64,000 nt of DNA, taken from positions 116,871-180,870 of the forward strand of contig JBDRCT010000031.1 of NCBI GenBank assembly GCA_043821445.1, written 5' to 3'. A model generated the notes under the pieces. That model was not told where the DNA came from, searched no databases, and was given only the letters and a program-made list of their open reading frames with translations. The stretch comes from Candidatus Omnitrophota bacterium. Lineage in GTDB: Bacteria; Omnitrophota; Omnitrophia; Omnitrophales; Aquincolibacteriaceae. A program made the translations under genes and the position numbers. Positions within the stretch are counted from its first letter, which is position 1; the number at the start of each line of letters is the position of its first letter. Of the stretch, positions 50,582 through 61,345 are shown in pieces.

Positions 50582-52570
50582 ATGTTTATGAAAAAAATCT
50601 CTTTTTATCTCTTAGTGTTCTTTAGCGCCGCAGGTTTTTGCTTGTCCTCCTCCCAAGGACAAGCCTCGGAGAGCACGGTGCCGACGGCCGGTATTTCCAC
50701 AGCTTCCAAAGATGGATCCATTCCCGGCATAGATTCTCAGAAGAAGTCATGGTGGCGCCGATCTTTACCGGCGGTCACGGGTCAGGATTCACAGTCCCCA
50801 CCTGCTTCGGCGGCTCCCGTGGTTTCAAAAAAGTCTTCCCAGACGCCTAAACGCGCCCAAGAGCCTGTCGCTGTTCGCAAAAATGCGCCTCCTGCAAAGA
50901 TCGAGATCGTGAATGGAAAAGAAAAGAAAAGACAGAGCCAACGCAGAAGGGCCAAAGAGGAGGCTCGCGCGGAGGCCCTGGAAAAGGCCGTTGAGCAGCA
51001 GGTAGAAGCATTGCGGGCGGCGCGCGCGCGGGAAATGCCTTATTTGGACAAAGTCTATATCCGGACCAGCATTACACCGTTCAAGATCCAGCAGAAAGAG
51101 GCATTCCTAAGCGGCGGGAAGAAGGATCTCCAAGACCTCATTCTCCGCGCTCAATCCGTACACACCCAGGCCAAGGCCGCCCATGAGAATATCACGCTCT
51201 ATAACCGGCGTGTGCTTCTGGCCTTGCGGAAACTTTTCCCGGAGGTCTCGTTTAACTTCAATGATCGCGAAGGCCTGATCAACACCAATAATTTCACGGG
51301 AGACGATTGGCATGTCACGCTTCGCCAGCCCATCTTTAACGGAGGGGTCCTTTGGAATACGCTCCTGCAGGAAAAGGCGAGCCTGGAGGCTTCGAAAAAG
51401 CAATACGATAAGACCGTCGCCGATCTCGTGTTCGATCTTTCCCGTGCTTATTTTGAATACCAACGGACCTTGCAGACCGCCGAAGAACATCGTATTGCAG
51501 TGGAGAAGATGAAGCGCTTCGCGGAAATGTCGGAAGAGAAGTTCAACGAAAAGATCATTTCCGAGATCGAACATCTGAACGTACAGTCGCTTTACAGCCA
51601 GATGCAGTTCGATCTTGAGTCTGCGAATCAGGAACTGGAGATCGCGAAGCTCGATCTTCAGAAATATCTCGATCTTTCGGTGGACGATCAGTTCACGCTA
51701 GCCAAGATCTATGATCTTGGCGATGTAGTCGAAGGACAGGCGATCCCTGCGGGAAGTACGCCTGGAGACAAGAACCTACCCGATGTTTTTAAAGGTCAAG
51801 ATAAAGCGCCGGAACTTTCAAAATTGATCGACCTCTCGTATGAACATCGTCCGGAACTCCAGGTGGAGGCCGCGAAACTCCAGGTGATGCGACTCGGTGA
51901 GCGTATCCGGTGGGGCGAATTTTTGCCCAAGGCCAATCTGACCTATCAGTTCGGGGCGCTGGGTGAGGCTTATCTCAATAATGGCGCGGTTTATGGCGGT
52001 AGTGGTTATAACGCTAAAAACGAACCCATCCTGAAAAAAGAGTGGCAGCTCATGCTCGAAATGAACTGGAATGTCGGCGGCAATAAGATGAGTTATACTT
52101 TTTCCCGGGATAAAAAAGCACCATCCATTACACAGTTTGATCAGGCTTCAGGTACCATGCTTCGAAAGAACGGTCTCACTTTCGGGGTTCTGGATGGTCT
52201 GGATGCTTTTGTGAACGTGAAACAGGCCGAGGTCGACAAACTCAATCAGGTTGTGGAGTTGGAAAAGGCCGAAAAACAGGTGCTTCAGGACGTGAAACAG
52301 GCCTTTTACGACTATCAAAAATCCGTGATCCAGGTGAATTCCACGGTCAAGCGTTTGGAATATCGCAAACGCTTGCGCGAATTCGCCGAACACCGGCTGA
52401 GCAAAAAAGAGATCGAGCTTTCCGAATATCTTCAGGCCGAATCCGATCTTGTGCGCGAAAAGGCGGAACTTCACAAGGCTCTCAAGGAATATTTTTCGGC
52501 CAGGGCGGCGCTTAATCATGCGGTGGGTATCCAGAATTTCTTTAACATGGATAGCCCTCAGAAAAAGTAG
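50582..52570 (+). CDS. TolC-family outer membrane efflux protein with a long N-terminal extension
   Basis: Signal peptide, LFPEV, LRQPIFNGG, RPEL, FLPK, VKQAFYD, ALNHAVG. Confidence 0.88.
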   Translation: MFMKKISFYLLVFFSAAGFCLSSSQGQASESTVPTAGISTASKDGSIPGIDSQKKSWWRRSLPAVTGQDSQSPPASAAPVVSKKSSQTPKRAQEPVAVRKNAPPAKIEIVNGKEKKRQSQRRRAKEEARAEALEKAVEQQVEALRAARAREMPYLDKVYIRTSITPFKIQQKEAFLSGGKKDLQDLILRAQSVHTQAKAAHENITLYNRRVLLALRKLFPEVSFNFNDREGLINTNNFTGDDWHVTLRQPIFNGGVLWNTLLQEKASLEASKKQYDKTVADLVFDLSRAYFEYQRTLQTAEEHRIAVEKMKRFAEMSEEKFNEKIISEIEHLNVQSLYSQMQFDLESANQELEIAKLDLQKYLDLSVDDQFTLAKIYDLGDVVEGQAIPAGSTPGDKNLPDVFKGQDKAPELSKLIDLSYEHRPELQVEAAKLQVMRLGERIRWGEFLPKANLTYQFGALGEAYLNNGAVYGGSGYNAKNEPILKKEWQLMLEMNWNVGGNKMSYTFSRDKKAPSITQFDQASGTMLRKNGLTFGVLDGLDAFVNVKQAEVDKLNQVVELEKAEKQVLQDVKQAFYDYQKSVIQVNSTVKRLEYRKRLREFAEHRLSKKEIELSEYLQAESDLVREKAELHKALKEYFSARAALNHAVGIQNFFNMDSPQKK

Positions 52571-52630
52571 GAACGGTTCCGAGGGCGGCAAAAGATTTTT
52601 TTGAAGGCACCATTTCAGACGGAGTTTAAA

Positions 52631-54079
52631 ATGAACATGCAAAACGAAGATTATCCCGGGGACAAGAGTTCTCCGTTCAAGATCAGATCCCCCTCATCGG
52701 AAGGGCCGGCCAAAATGCCGTTTCAGATCCCAAAAAAAAATAAAAATACATGGTTTGATCGGAATAAAGTGCGTCTTGTTATTATCGCGGTCGCCGTAGC
52801 GGGGTTGTTTTTTGGGGGCAAGACGGTGATGGAGCGGTTCTTTAAGACTTCAAAGCCTTCTTTGAGTGAAACGATGAAACAGCAGCAACAGGTGGCCAAG
52901 GATGCGCCGGTGGCGGTCAAAGGTTTTAAGGTCGGCCGGTTCAATTATGAAGATTCCATGAACGTGCTTGGGACGATCAAGGGGTCTATGGAGCTGAAAC
53001 TCAGCTTCGAGATCCCGGGCGTGATCAGTTCGATCAATTACAAGGAAGGGGAGCGCTACGAAGAAGGCGCCCTGCTCGTCTCCTTGAAACAGGATGATAT
53101 TCTCTTGCGATTGAAAAGGGCCCAAGCGGCTTTCAATAAAGCGGAGTCCCAAGCCAAAGTGGCGGAGAACGAGGTCGCGGAGAATGAGAAACTTCTGAAG
53201 ATGGGGGCGATACCGCCGTCGACGGTAGAAAAAAAGAAATTAGAAATGGATGCCGCAAAATACGAAGCCGAGGCCCAGCGTCTTGAGATGAAGGCGAACG
53301 AGGCCATGCTCGAGAAGTCCAACCTTTACGCTCCTTCCTCCGGGATGCTGGGAGATCTGAACGTCGAGGAAGGGGAAAATATCAGCCAAAGCACGCTGAT
53401 CGGGACCCACATCAATATCGAATATGTTTATGCCGAGTTTGGGATCGTGGAGCGTGACGTCCAGAAGATCACGCTGGGACAGAAGGCCAAGGTCTTCGTG
53501 GACGCTTATCCGGATAAGACCTTTGAAGGCGTGATTGAAAATATTGCGCCGCAGATCTCGGGAACAAGCCGTACTTCTACGGCCAAGGTGCGTATTGAAA
53601 ATCCCGAAAGATTGCTGATGCCGGGTATGTTCGCCCGTGTTCGCATCATGCTTTACAGTAAGAAGGACGCTTTAGTGGTGCCGACGGATGCCATCCAGGG
53701 CGGTGAAGGCGAGAAGTTCGTTTATGTGATTAAAATGTCCGGAGGTTTCGCTTCCAATGCCATAGAATCCAAGGTCGCAGGAGTCATGGGGGGAGGGCTT
53801 GGCGCTGTGGCTGCGTTGAGCGCCGGGGCCAAGGGTCAGGAAAAGATCGAGAAGAAGAGCGGAAAAGAAGCCGGTAAGGCGACAAGAGAAAAAGATTCCT
53901 CCAGGATCGAGGAAGGCACCGCTGAGAAACGTCCTGTGACCGTGGGTTACACCCGCACCGACTACTCTCAGATCGATGCGGGCCTTACGGAAGGAGAGAT
54001 TGTCGTTATGACCGGGTTCGAGAGATTGGAGGATGGAAAGAAGATCCGCTTGATCGAAACCCAAGAAGCCGAGCTTTAG
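52631..54079 (+). CDS. RND periplasmic adaptor (MFP)
   Basis: N-terminal TM, lipoyl motif G.I..I..KEGE, APSSG, VDAYPDKTFEG, LMPGMFARV, GLTEGE. Confidence 0.9.
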   Translation: MNMQNEDYPGDKSSPFKIRSPSSEGPAKMPFQIPKKNKNTWFDRNKVRLVIIAVAVAGLFFGGKTVMERFFKTSKPSLSETMKQQQQVAKDAPVAVKGFKVGRFNYEDSMNVLGTIKGSMELKLSFEIPGVISSINYKEGERYEEGALLVSLKQDDILLRLKRAQAAFNKAESQAKVAENEVAENEKLLKMGAIPPSTVEKKKLEMDAAKYEAEAQRLEMKANEAMLEKSNLYAPSSGMLGDLNVEEGENISQSTLIGTHINIEYVYAEFGIVERDVQKITLGQKAKVFVDAYPDKTFEGVIENIAPQISGTSRTSTAKVRIENPERLLMPGMFARVRIMLYSKKDALVVPTDAIQGGEGEKFVYVIKMSGGFASNAIESKVAGVMGGGLGAVAALSAGAKGQEKIEKKSGKEAGKATREKDSSRIEEGTAEKRPVTVGYTRTDYSQIDAGLTEGEIVVMTGFERLEDGKKIRLIETQEAEL

Positions 54080-54123
54080 CGTTATGCGGACGAGCAAAGA
54101 TCTCCGCAGAATGATCCCCCCCT

Positions 54124-57100
54124 ATGAGCCTTCCTGAATTCGCGATCAAGAAAAAGGTCACCGTTTACATGTTCACGCTCGGACTGGTTCTCCTGGGCGT
54201 TCTTTCTTTCAAACGTCTGCCGCAAGACCTTTTCCCTCCGATTACGTTCCCTCAGGTCACGATTGTTACCGATTATTCGAACGCAGCGCCCGAAGAGATC
54301 GAGACGCTCATCACGCGCGTGGTGGAGGAAGCGATCGGGTCCGTTTCCGGATTGAAACGCATTGAATCCATTTCGCGCGAAGGACGCAGCACCATCATGG
54401 CGTCCTTCAATTGGGGTCAGGATATTGATTTCGCAGCACTGGCTGTTCGCGAAAAGGTCGATCTGATCAAGGAAAGGCTTCCCAAGGAGGCCGAAGATCC
54501 CGTGGTTTTGAAGTTCGATCCTCTTGCCCGTCCGATTCTCCTGCTTTCCGTCACAGCTCCGGATCTTCCTCCTGTGCGCATGAAACTCTTGACCGAGAAA
54601 ATGGTCAAAGATCGCCTGGAAAAGGTGGAGGGGGTCGCCTCGGTAAATCTTTCGGGCGGTGTGAATCGCGAGATCTTGGTGGAGATTGACCAGCCGCGCC
54701 TTCAAGCCAACCATCTTTCGCTTCTTGAGGTCGTCAATTCGCTTGATGAAGCCAATGTGTCCTATCCCGCGGGCAGCATCAAAAAGGGTCTTTATGAATA
54801 TCTGATCCGGACGGTCGGAGATTTCCGTTCGCCGGCCGAGATCGGATATGCCGTGGTCGGGGTTGACAACGTGGAAAAACTCCGCAGGGAAGATATAAGC
54901 TTTGTCGAGCGCGACACGAGCGAGGGTCCCCGCCGGACGATCGAGAGATTGCGGGGAGAGGTTGAAAAGCAGATGCTCGAGAAGCGCCTTGTGACCGTCA
55001 AGGATATCGGGAATGTGGTGGACGGGCTGGCGGGCAAGACCAGTATTTCCCGTTATAATGGGGCCGAAAATATTTCCGTGGCCATTCAAAAACAGTCGAA
55101 TGCGAACACCATTCAGGTCGTGGACAAACTTCGTAAGGAGCTGAAATTCCTCGAAGAGGATCTCAATTCCCGCGGGCTTCAGGTCAAGATCATTTACGAC
55201 CACTCCATTTTTATCCGCAATACGATCGAAAACCTGGCTCATGAGGCCATACAGGGCGGTGTTTTGGCTCTGATCACGCTCTACATCTATCTTCGCGCTA
55301 TCGCGATGTCGGTCCTGGTGGTCGTGTCGCTGCCACTGACCATTTTGGGCGTGTTTTTCCTGATGGCTATGGCGGGGGTCACGGTCAACATCATGTCCCT
55401 CGGAGGGCTCGCGATCGCCATCGGGATGATCTTAGACACCAGCATTGTGGTGCTGGAGAATGTTTTTCGCAAACGCCAGGAGGGCGCCAATGCGGAACAG
55501 GGTGCTATCGACGGCGCTACGGAAGTGGTATGGCCTGTGGTGTCCTCCAATCTGACCACAATCGCCGTATTTTTTCCTTTGATCGTATTTGTGCCGGGCG
55601 TCGCGGGCCAGATCTTCAAGGATCTCGCCTGGGCGATCATTTTTTCGCAGATCATCTCGACTTTCATCCCGTTGACTCTGATAACGTTGCTTTCTACTTA
55701 TGTGGCAGTGAATCAGCAGGAGTACAAGCCGCTTAGCCTCACGGGTGACCTGGATCAAAGGATCATGGCGATGCCCACAAAAACGGGGCAAAATCGTTTT
55801 ATGACCGGGATCCTAATTACCGCGTTCGTGGTGCTTGCATCGACTTTTCTGATAGTTCCGACCATTGACCGCGAGGTTTTGCCAAAAGTAGACCAAGGGC
55901 AGTTCTACGTGAAGGTCGATATGCCGCTCGGGACGCGACTCAATGTTACCGACGGAATTTGTAGGCGACTGGAAGAAATATTGCGTTCGGAGGATGCTGT
56001 CCAGGATATTTCTATCGCGATCGGCAGCGAAAAAACGAGTCGCGGAGAGATCAAGATCGAAACCCTCCGGCCTTCTCAAGCGCTTATCCTTGTGACACTC
56101 GACAGGAAAAGGAAGCAGTCATCCTCCAAGATCGTGGCTTTGCTCAAGAAAGAAATCGAGGCGACGAACTTCGAGAAAGATGAAGCTAGGGTTGAATTCG
56201 TGCTTCAGGAAAGCGAATTCTCGGTCGGGGCCGGCAGTATCAAGCCGATCCTGATCGAGGCCAAAGGATACGATTTTACGGCTATGGAAGGTCTTGTGAA
56301 CCGGCTCAAGGAGCGCCTTGGCGCGATCTCGGGGATCATCAATATCCAGGATGACATCGGGGAGAAAACGCCCGAAACGAAACTCGAGATCAATAAAAAG
56401 CGCGCGGCTCTTTATGGGATTTCCGCGATGGATGTTTCGCTCACAGCGAAAGCGGCCATTGAAGGCGTGGTCGCGACGCAGTACCGTGAGGCGGGCCGCG
56501 AGATCGATGTGCGGGTCAGGTTGAGCGATAAAGACAAGGAGAACATCTCGAATCTTGGCACTTTGTTGCTTTACTCAAAGGTCTTGGACATTCACGTTCC
56601 TCTGAAGGAGATCGCCCAGATCAATCGAGGACAGGGGCCGAGCGAGATACGGCGCATGGACCAGGAGCGCACGGTGACCATTTCGGCCGAGATCGATAAG
56701 ACCCGTCAGGACAAAGATGTTCTCGCCGATGTCCAAAAGTTCCTCGCGGGGTTGAAGGTTCCCGACGACATCCCGCAGGATTTCCAGGTCAGACTTTCCG
56801 GTAAAGCCAAGGAGATCAAAGAGAATTTCGGAGGCGTTATTTTCGCGTTCGTGCTCGCCATCATGCTCGTTTATATGATCATGGCCGCCCAGTTCGAGTC
56901 TTTTCTGCAGCCCCTGATCATTATGGTCACTGTGCCACTTTCGTTCGGGGGTGCGCTCATCGCTTTAAAAGTGACCGGGAGCTCCTTTAACGTGATCTCG
57001 CTTTTGGGTCTCGTGCTTTTGGGCGGCGTGGTCGTGGGCAACGGGATCGTGCTGATGGAATATATCAACCAGCTCCGTTCGGAAGGTAAGGAGATGGTCG

Positions 57101-57381
57101 CCGCCGTATGGGAGGCGGTGCGCACGAGAACGCGCCCCGTGCTCATGTCGTCCACCACGACTATTATGGGCATGTTCCCGATCGCTCTCGGGCTTGGAGA
57201 GGGCGGTGGGCTTCTGTCGCCTCTGGCCATTACGGCCATGGGCGGTCTTTTCTCTTCCACGGTGCTGACGCTGATCGTGCTTCCGTGTCTTTACATTATC
57301 GTGAACCGGTTCATGGAAAAGTATCTTGGTTACGAGGAAGAGACCGTTGAAGAAAGCTCCGCAACGCCTCCTTCGGCCTGA
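54124..57381 (+). CDS. RND efflux permease subunit 1
   Basis: DLFP, APEEIE.LIT..VEE, NIMSLGGLAIAIG, AAQFES, RPVLM, PLA..GGL. Confidence 0.95.
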   Translation: MSLPEFAIKKKVTVYMFTLGLVLLGVLSFKRLPQDLFPPITFPQVTIVTDYSNAAPEEIETLITRVVEEAIGSVSGLKRIESISREGRSTIMASFNWGQDIDFAALAVREKVDLIKERLPKEAEDPVVLKFDPLARPILLLSVTAPDLPPVRMKLLTEKMVKDRLEKVEGVASVNLSGGVNREILVEIDQPRLQANHLSLLEVVNSLDEANVSYPAGSIKKGLYEYLIRTVGDFRSPAEIGYAVVGVDNVEKLRREDISFVERDTSEGPRRTIERLRGEVEKQMLEKRLVTVKDIGNVVDGLAGKTSISRYNGAENISVAIQKQSNANTIQVVDKLRKELKFLEEDLNSRGLQVKIIYDHSIFIRNTIENLAHEAIQGGVLALITLYIYLRAIAMSVLVVVSLPLTILGVFFLMAMAGVTVNIMSLGGLAIAIGMILDTSIVVLENVFRKRQEGANAEQGAIDGATEVVWPVVSSNLTTIAVFFPLIVFVPGVAGQIFKDLAWAIIFSQIISTFIPLTLITLLSTYVAVNQQEYKPLSLTGDLDQRIMAMPTKTGQNRFMTGILITAFVVLASTFLIVPTIDREVLPKVDQGQFYVKVDMPLGTRLNVTDGICRRLEEILRSEDAVQDISIAIGSEKTSRGEIKIETLRPSQALILVTLDRKRKQSSSKIVALLKKEIEATNFEKDEARVEFVLQESEFSVGAGSIKPILIEAKGYDFTAMEGLVNRLKERLGAISGIINIQDDIGEKTPETKLEINKKRAALYGISAMDVSLTAKAAIEGVVATQYREAGREIDVRVRLSDKDKENISNLGTLLLYSKVLDIHVPLKEIAQINRGQGPSEIRRMDQERTVTISAEIDKTRQDKDVLADVQKFLAGLKVPDDIPQDFQVRLSGKAKEIKENFGGVIFAFVLAIMLVYMIMAAQFESFLQPLIIMVTVPLSFGGALIALKVTGSSFNVISLLGLVLLGGVVVGNGIVLMEYINQLRSEGKEMVAAVWEAVRTRTRPVLMSSTTTIMGMFPIALGLGEGGGLLSPLAITAMGGLFSSTVLTLIVLPCLYIIVNRFMEKYLGYEEETVEESSATPPSA

Positions 57382-57383
57382 TC

Positions 57384-60300
57384 ATGGGAATCCCAAGTTT
57401 CGCGCTTAAGCGTCCGGTTTTTACAGCCATCCTTTTTGTCGGGGTAATCGTTATCGGTATGATCTCCCTCATGCGCCTGAAAGTGGAACTCTATCAGGGC
57501 CAAAGCCAGGGAATCATATCGATCGTAGTGCGTGCCCGCGGCGGGTTACCCTCCCAGGACGTTGAAAAGATGATCACCAAACCCATTGAAGAAGCCATTG
57601 GGACCGTGAGCCACATGAAGGGCCTCTATTCCAGTTCGCGCGAAGCAGAGTCACGCGTAACCATGGAGTTCGATGCCGGCACGGATATGAAGTTCGCTGC
57701 GCTTGAGGTCCGGGAAAAATTTGCGCGTGTCAAACCCCTTCTTCCCAAGGAAATTGAAAAGCCCGTGATCGCCAATTACGATGACGCACAGGCCGCTATC
57801 ATGGTGTTCGCGGCGACTTCTGAGAACATGGCCCCGGAAGAGATCCGCGAAATGGTGGACATTAAACTCAAGCCGGTCCTGAGTCGCGTGGATGGAGTCG
57901 CGAGCGTGGAGGTCTATGGAGGAAGGGAACGCAAGATCCTGGTAGAGCTCGATCGCGACAAGATGGTGGCCTATAACATCTCGATCGAGCGTGTCATGGA
58001 TGTGCTGGGTCAGAGCAATATCAATCTCCTGGCCGGGAATGTTGAAACCGGAAAGTTCGAATATGCGGTCCGGAGCATGGGCTCTTTTCTCACGGTGGAC
58101 GAAGTCGGGGACATCGGCGTGAAGGCCACCCGGCAGGGGTCCATCATTCCGCTCAGGGAGATAGGGACCATTAAGGACTCCTATCTCGAGGCTACGGACC
58201 AAGCGCGTCTGAATCTGGAGCAGAACGTCACGGTCTACGTTAAAAAAGCGAGTATGGCCAATACCCTGGATGTCGCGAGGGATCTCAATCGAGTCCTGGA
58301 TCTATTTGAACAGGAGAATAAAGCACATATCAAGATCGTGGTCGTCAATGACCGGGCAGAAACGATCTCGCGTGCGATCGACGACGTCAAAGGGGCGCTC
58401 TATTTGGGGCTGGTTCTGATCATGGGCGTCATTTATGTTTTTATCCGTAACTGGGTGCTGGCGGCCATCATCCTGGTCGTGATCCCGTGTTCTTTGATCG
58501 CAACGTTCATTTTCATGGCGGCCTTTGGTATCAGCATCAATGTCATGACCCTAAGCGGGCTGGCGCTCGCGATCGGCATTTTGATCGACACCGCGGTCGT
58601 GATCCTGGAAAACATTTTTTCAAAAAAAGAGCGGGGCTTCGGGGACACGCAGGCCATCCGGGAAGGGAGCGAAGAAGTGTGGCTTCCGCTTCTGGCGTCG
58701 CTCTTGACGATGCTCGTGGTGTTCCTGCCGATCATTTTTATCGATAAGACCGTCCAGCTGACGTATGGCGGGTTCGCGTTTACCATCAGTATTTCTCTTA
58801 TCGCATCATTTTTTTCGGCGCTCATGCTTATTCCCATGCTCATTCGCCAGTTCGGGATCGCGGCGCTTAATGCTCACCGCAAGGACACCTCGAGCGCTTT
58901 CATCGATAAGGCGCGGGAAAAATATGTGAAGGCTATTCGCTGGTGTATTGCCTGGCGATGGAAGGTCGTGCCTGCGGTTTTCGGGCTCTGTTTTTTGGCC
59001 ATTTTTTTGCTGGTCCGCACACCGATTGACTGGCCCTCGTCCTTTGAGGAGAACGAATTTGCGATCGTCACGTTCCCGTTGGCCGGCGCGCGTTTGGAAT
59101 CGAATGACGAGGCCATGAAAAAGCTCGAAGAGATCCTCTCGAAGATCCCGGACGTCACTCTCTTCTCAACGACCGTTTCAAAGGACGATCTGCGGCTTTT
59201 TGTCCGCTTGAAACCCGCCCGCAAGCGCCAGTATTCCAAGGACGAGATCATGAAGATCATTGATGAGCAGGGGAACGCCGCGGTCAAGGAGATCCACAGC
59301 GATTACAGCTTGATCGTGGACGAAGGCGCCGGCTCCTCCGAACAGAAAAAACTCGTGGTGAATATCTACGGTCAGAACGGGGATGAGCTTGAGAAACTCG
59401 CCAAGGAGTTTGCCAACAAGATGTCCAAAGTGGACGGTTTGACCAATCTGGTCATGACGGACCTTCGCAAGCGTCCGGAGTATTCGCTTGTGGTGGACAA
59501 GGGAAAATCCGCGATGTACGGGCTTAGCGTGAAAACAGTTGCCGACAGCATGCATGCCCAAGTCCGCGGTATGCGGCCCACGAAATTCCATGAGCTTTCT
59601 AAAGGCGAGGAGATTGAAACCATCACACGGCTCCAGGCCATTTACCGCCAGAAGCTTGACGATCTGGGACAGATCTATGTCCAGACCAAGGAAGCCAGGC
59701 AAGTTCCTTTAAGTGAGATCGCCAACTTCTATCCGTCGACCGGTCCGCAAACCATTGATCGCAAAGACAAGCACCGGTATGTATTCGTCAAAGGGGATGT
59801 GAAGCGGCCGATCGAAAAGATCGCGGTCGATGTCAAAAAAGCCGTGAAAGATATAAAGCTTCCCGATGATTATTACTGGCGTTTCGGCGGCGGATACGAA
59901 GAACTGATGGAGAGTAAATCCCAGTTGGCGGTCGCTCTTCTGATCACGGTCTTTCTGGTCTATATGGTCATGGCCTGTCTTTTTGAGAATTATTTATATC
60001 CCTTCCTGATCATGATCAAGATTCTGCTTAATTTTATCGGGATCTGGGCGGCATTGGCCATCACGCGCAAGCCTCTCAGCACCCAGGTTTTTATCGGGAT
60101 GATCATGCTTGCCGGATACTCGGTGAATGCGGCGATCCTTCTGGTGGACCACGCCCTTCATTTAACCGATGAGAAGAGCAAAAAAGAGCGTTTTATCCAA
60201 GCCGGCGTGGACCGGCTACGACCCATTTTGATGACGGCCATTGCGGCGATTCTTGGATTTTTGCCCATGGCGATGAGTTTTGGCCAGGCGAGCGATCTCT

Positions 60301-60482
60301 GGTCGCCCCTGGCGGTGACCATTATCGGAGGGCTTATCAGTTCGACCATTCTGATCCTTTTCGTTTTGCCGGCGCTTGTAATGATCACGGATGATATCCG
60401 GGAAATTTTTAAAGCTTTTTTTTCGGGCGTATCTGAGAAGATACAGGCCCTTTCAGCGAACAAAGCGATCCAGAGTCCTTAA
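57384..60482 (+). CDS. RND efflux permease subunit 2
   Basis: KRPV, VE..ITKPIEE, NVMTLSGLALAIG, RLRPILMT, PLAVTIIGGL. Confidence 0.95.
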   Translation: MGIPSFALKRPVFTAILFVGVIVIGMISLMRLKVELYQGQSQGIISIVVRARGGLPSQDVEKMITKPIEEAIGTVSHMKGLYSSSREAESRVTMEFDAGTDMKFAALEVREKFARVKPLLPKEIEKPVIANYDDAQAAIMVFAATSENMAPEEIREMVDIKLKPVLSRVDGVASVEVYGGRERKILVELDRDKMVAYNISIERVMDVLGQSNINLLAGNVETGKFEYAVRSMGSFLTVDEVGDIGVKATRQGSIIPLREIGTIKDSYLEATDQARLNLEQNVTVYVKKASMANTLDVARDLNRVLDLFEQENKAHIKIVVVNDRAETISRAIDDVKGALYLGLVLIMGVIYVFIRNWVLAAIILVVIPCSLIATFIFMAAFGISINVMTLSGLALAIGILIDTAVVILENIFSKKERGFGDTQAIREGSEEVWLPLLASLLTMLVVFLPIIFIDKTVQLTYGGFAFTISISLIASFFSALMLIPMLIRQFGIAALNAHRKDTSSAFIDKAREKYVKAIRWCIAWRWKVVPAVFGLCFLAIFLLVRTPIDWPSSFEENEFAIVTFPLAGARLESNDEAMKKLEEILSKIPDVTLFSTTVSKDDLRLFVRLKPARKRQYSKDEIMKIIDEQGNAAVKEIHSDYSLIVDEGAGSSEQKKLVVNIYGQNGDELEKLAKEFANKMSKVDGLTNLVMTDLRKRPEYSLVVDKGKSAMYGLSVKTVADSMHAQVRGMRPTKFHELSKGEEIETITRLQAIYRQKLDDLGQIYVQTKEARQVPLSEIANFYPSTGPQTIDRKDKHRYVFVKGDVKRPIEKIAVDVKKAVKDIKLPDDYYWRFGGGYEELMESKSQLAVALLITVFLVYMVMACLFENYLYPFLIMIKILLNFIGIWAALAITRKPLSTQVFIGMIMLAGYSVNAAILLVDHALHLTDEKSKKERFIQAGVDRLRPILMTAIAAILGFLPMAMSFGQASDLWSPLAVTIIGGLISSTILILFVLPALVMITDDIREIFKAFFSGVSEKIQALSANKAIQSP

Positions 60483-60538
60483 AATTTAACTGAGAAACAT
60501 CACTTCCGTTCCTCAAGGGACGGATAAAGGAGACATCT

Positions 60539-61135
60539 ATGGAAACGAAAGCGGACGGGCAGGCTAAGATCACGACTCATCGTACCAACAAACGCCAGGC
60601 GAAGAATCTCATCATCCATCGCCCCATGCAGCGGGAATTTTCGTTTATGTTGATCGCTCTTTTCATGGTGGCTTCGGCGGCGGTTGCTTGGGTCATTCAT
60701 CAAACCATCCGTGATGCGGCCTTCGGAGGGGCTTTTACTTTCGGGAAGGTCAATCCCTCCGAGATCCTCTATGACGTGAGTTACTCGATCATCATTCGCG
60801 TGACCCTGGTGTTGATCCTTACGCTGATCATTATTGGTGCTTATGGCGTGGTCTTTCTCCATCGCGTGGCCGGTCCGGTTTACCGGTTCCGCCAAACCTT
60901 ACTGAGAGTGAATCGCGGAGAAATGCCCCAGGACATCAAGCTTCGTGAGGGGGATTTTTTCCACGATATGGCCCATGATATTAACATCGTTCTGAAACGC
61001 CTTCGCTCGGAACAAAGTAAGATCTCGGAACTTAAGACAAAAATGAACGATCTTGAGAAAAGCGCATTGTCGGAGGACGTTCGTCAGAAGACCGAAGACA
61101 TGAAGACGGTCCTGGATTCCTTCTCAAAGCTTTAG
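60539..61135 (+). CDS. Two-TM HAMP-domain protein without an output domain
   Basis: 2 TMs, HRVAGPVYR...G.....LREGDFF.DMA..IN, short coiled coil. Confidence 0.8.
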   Translation: METKADGQAKITTHRTNKRQAKNLIIHRPMQREFSFMLIALFMVASAAVAWVIHQTIRDAAFGGAFTFGKVNPSEILYDVSYSIIIRVTLVLILTLIIIGAYGVVFLHRVAGPVYRFRQTLLRVNRGEMPQDIKLREGDFFHDMAHDINIVLKRLRSEQSKISELKTKMNDLEKSALSEDVRQKTEDMKTVLDSFSKL

Positions 61136-61265
61136 GTTAGAGTTTCTGCAACTCATTTCGTAGCAACGGGATGCGATTTTTTTGAGAGATATCTAAAGAT
61201 CCATGGGGGTGGACAGGTCGTTCCGGAGAAATCTCGCAAGCTTTAAACTTTTTTTGTCGGACCCC

Positions 61266-61294
61266 TTGTCTTTATCTTTTTAAAAGAGTATACT
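61266..61294 (+). promoter_or_regulatory. Sigma70 promoter
   Basis: TTGTCT-N17-TATACT. Confidence 0.65.
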
Positions 61295-61345
61295 TCTTTC
61301 GACCCTCGCCATGCAGTATCATTTCACGAAAGGAGTAACAAAAAA

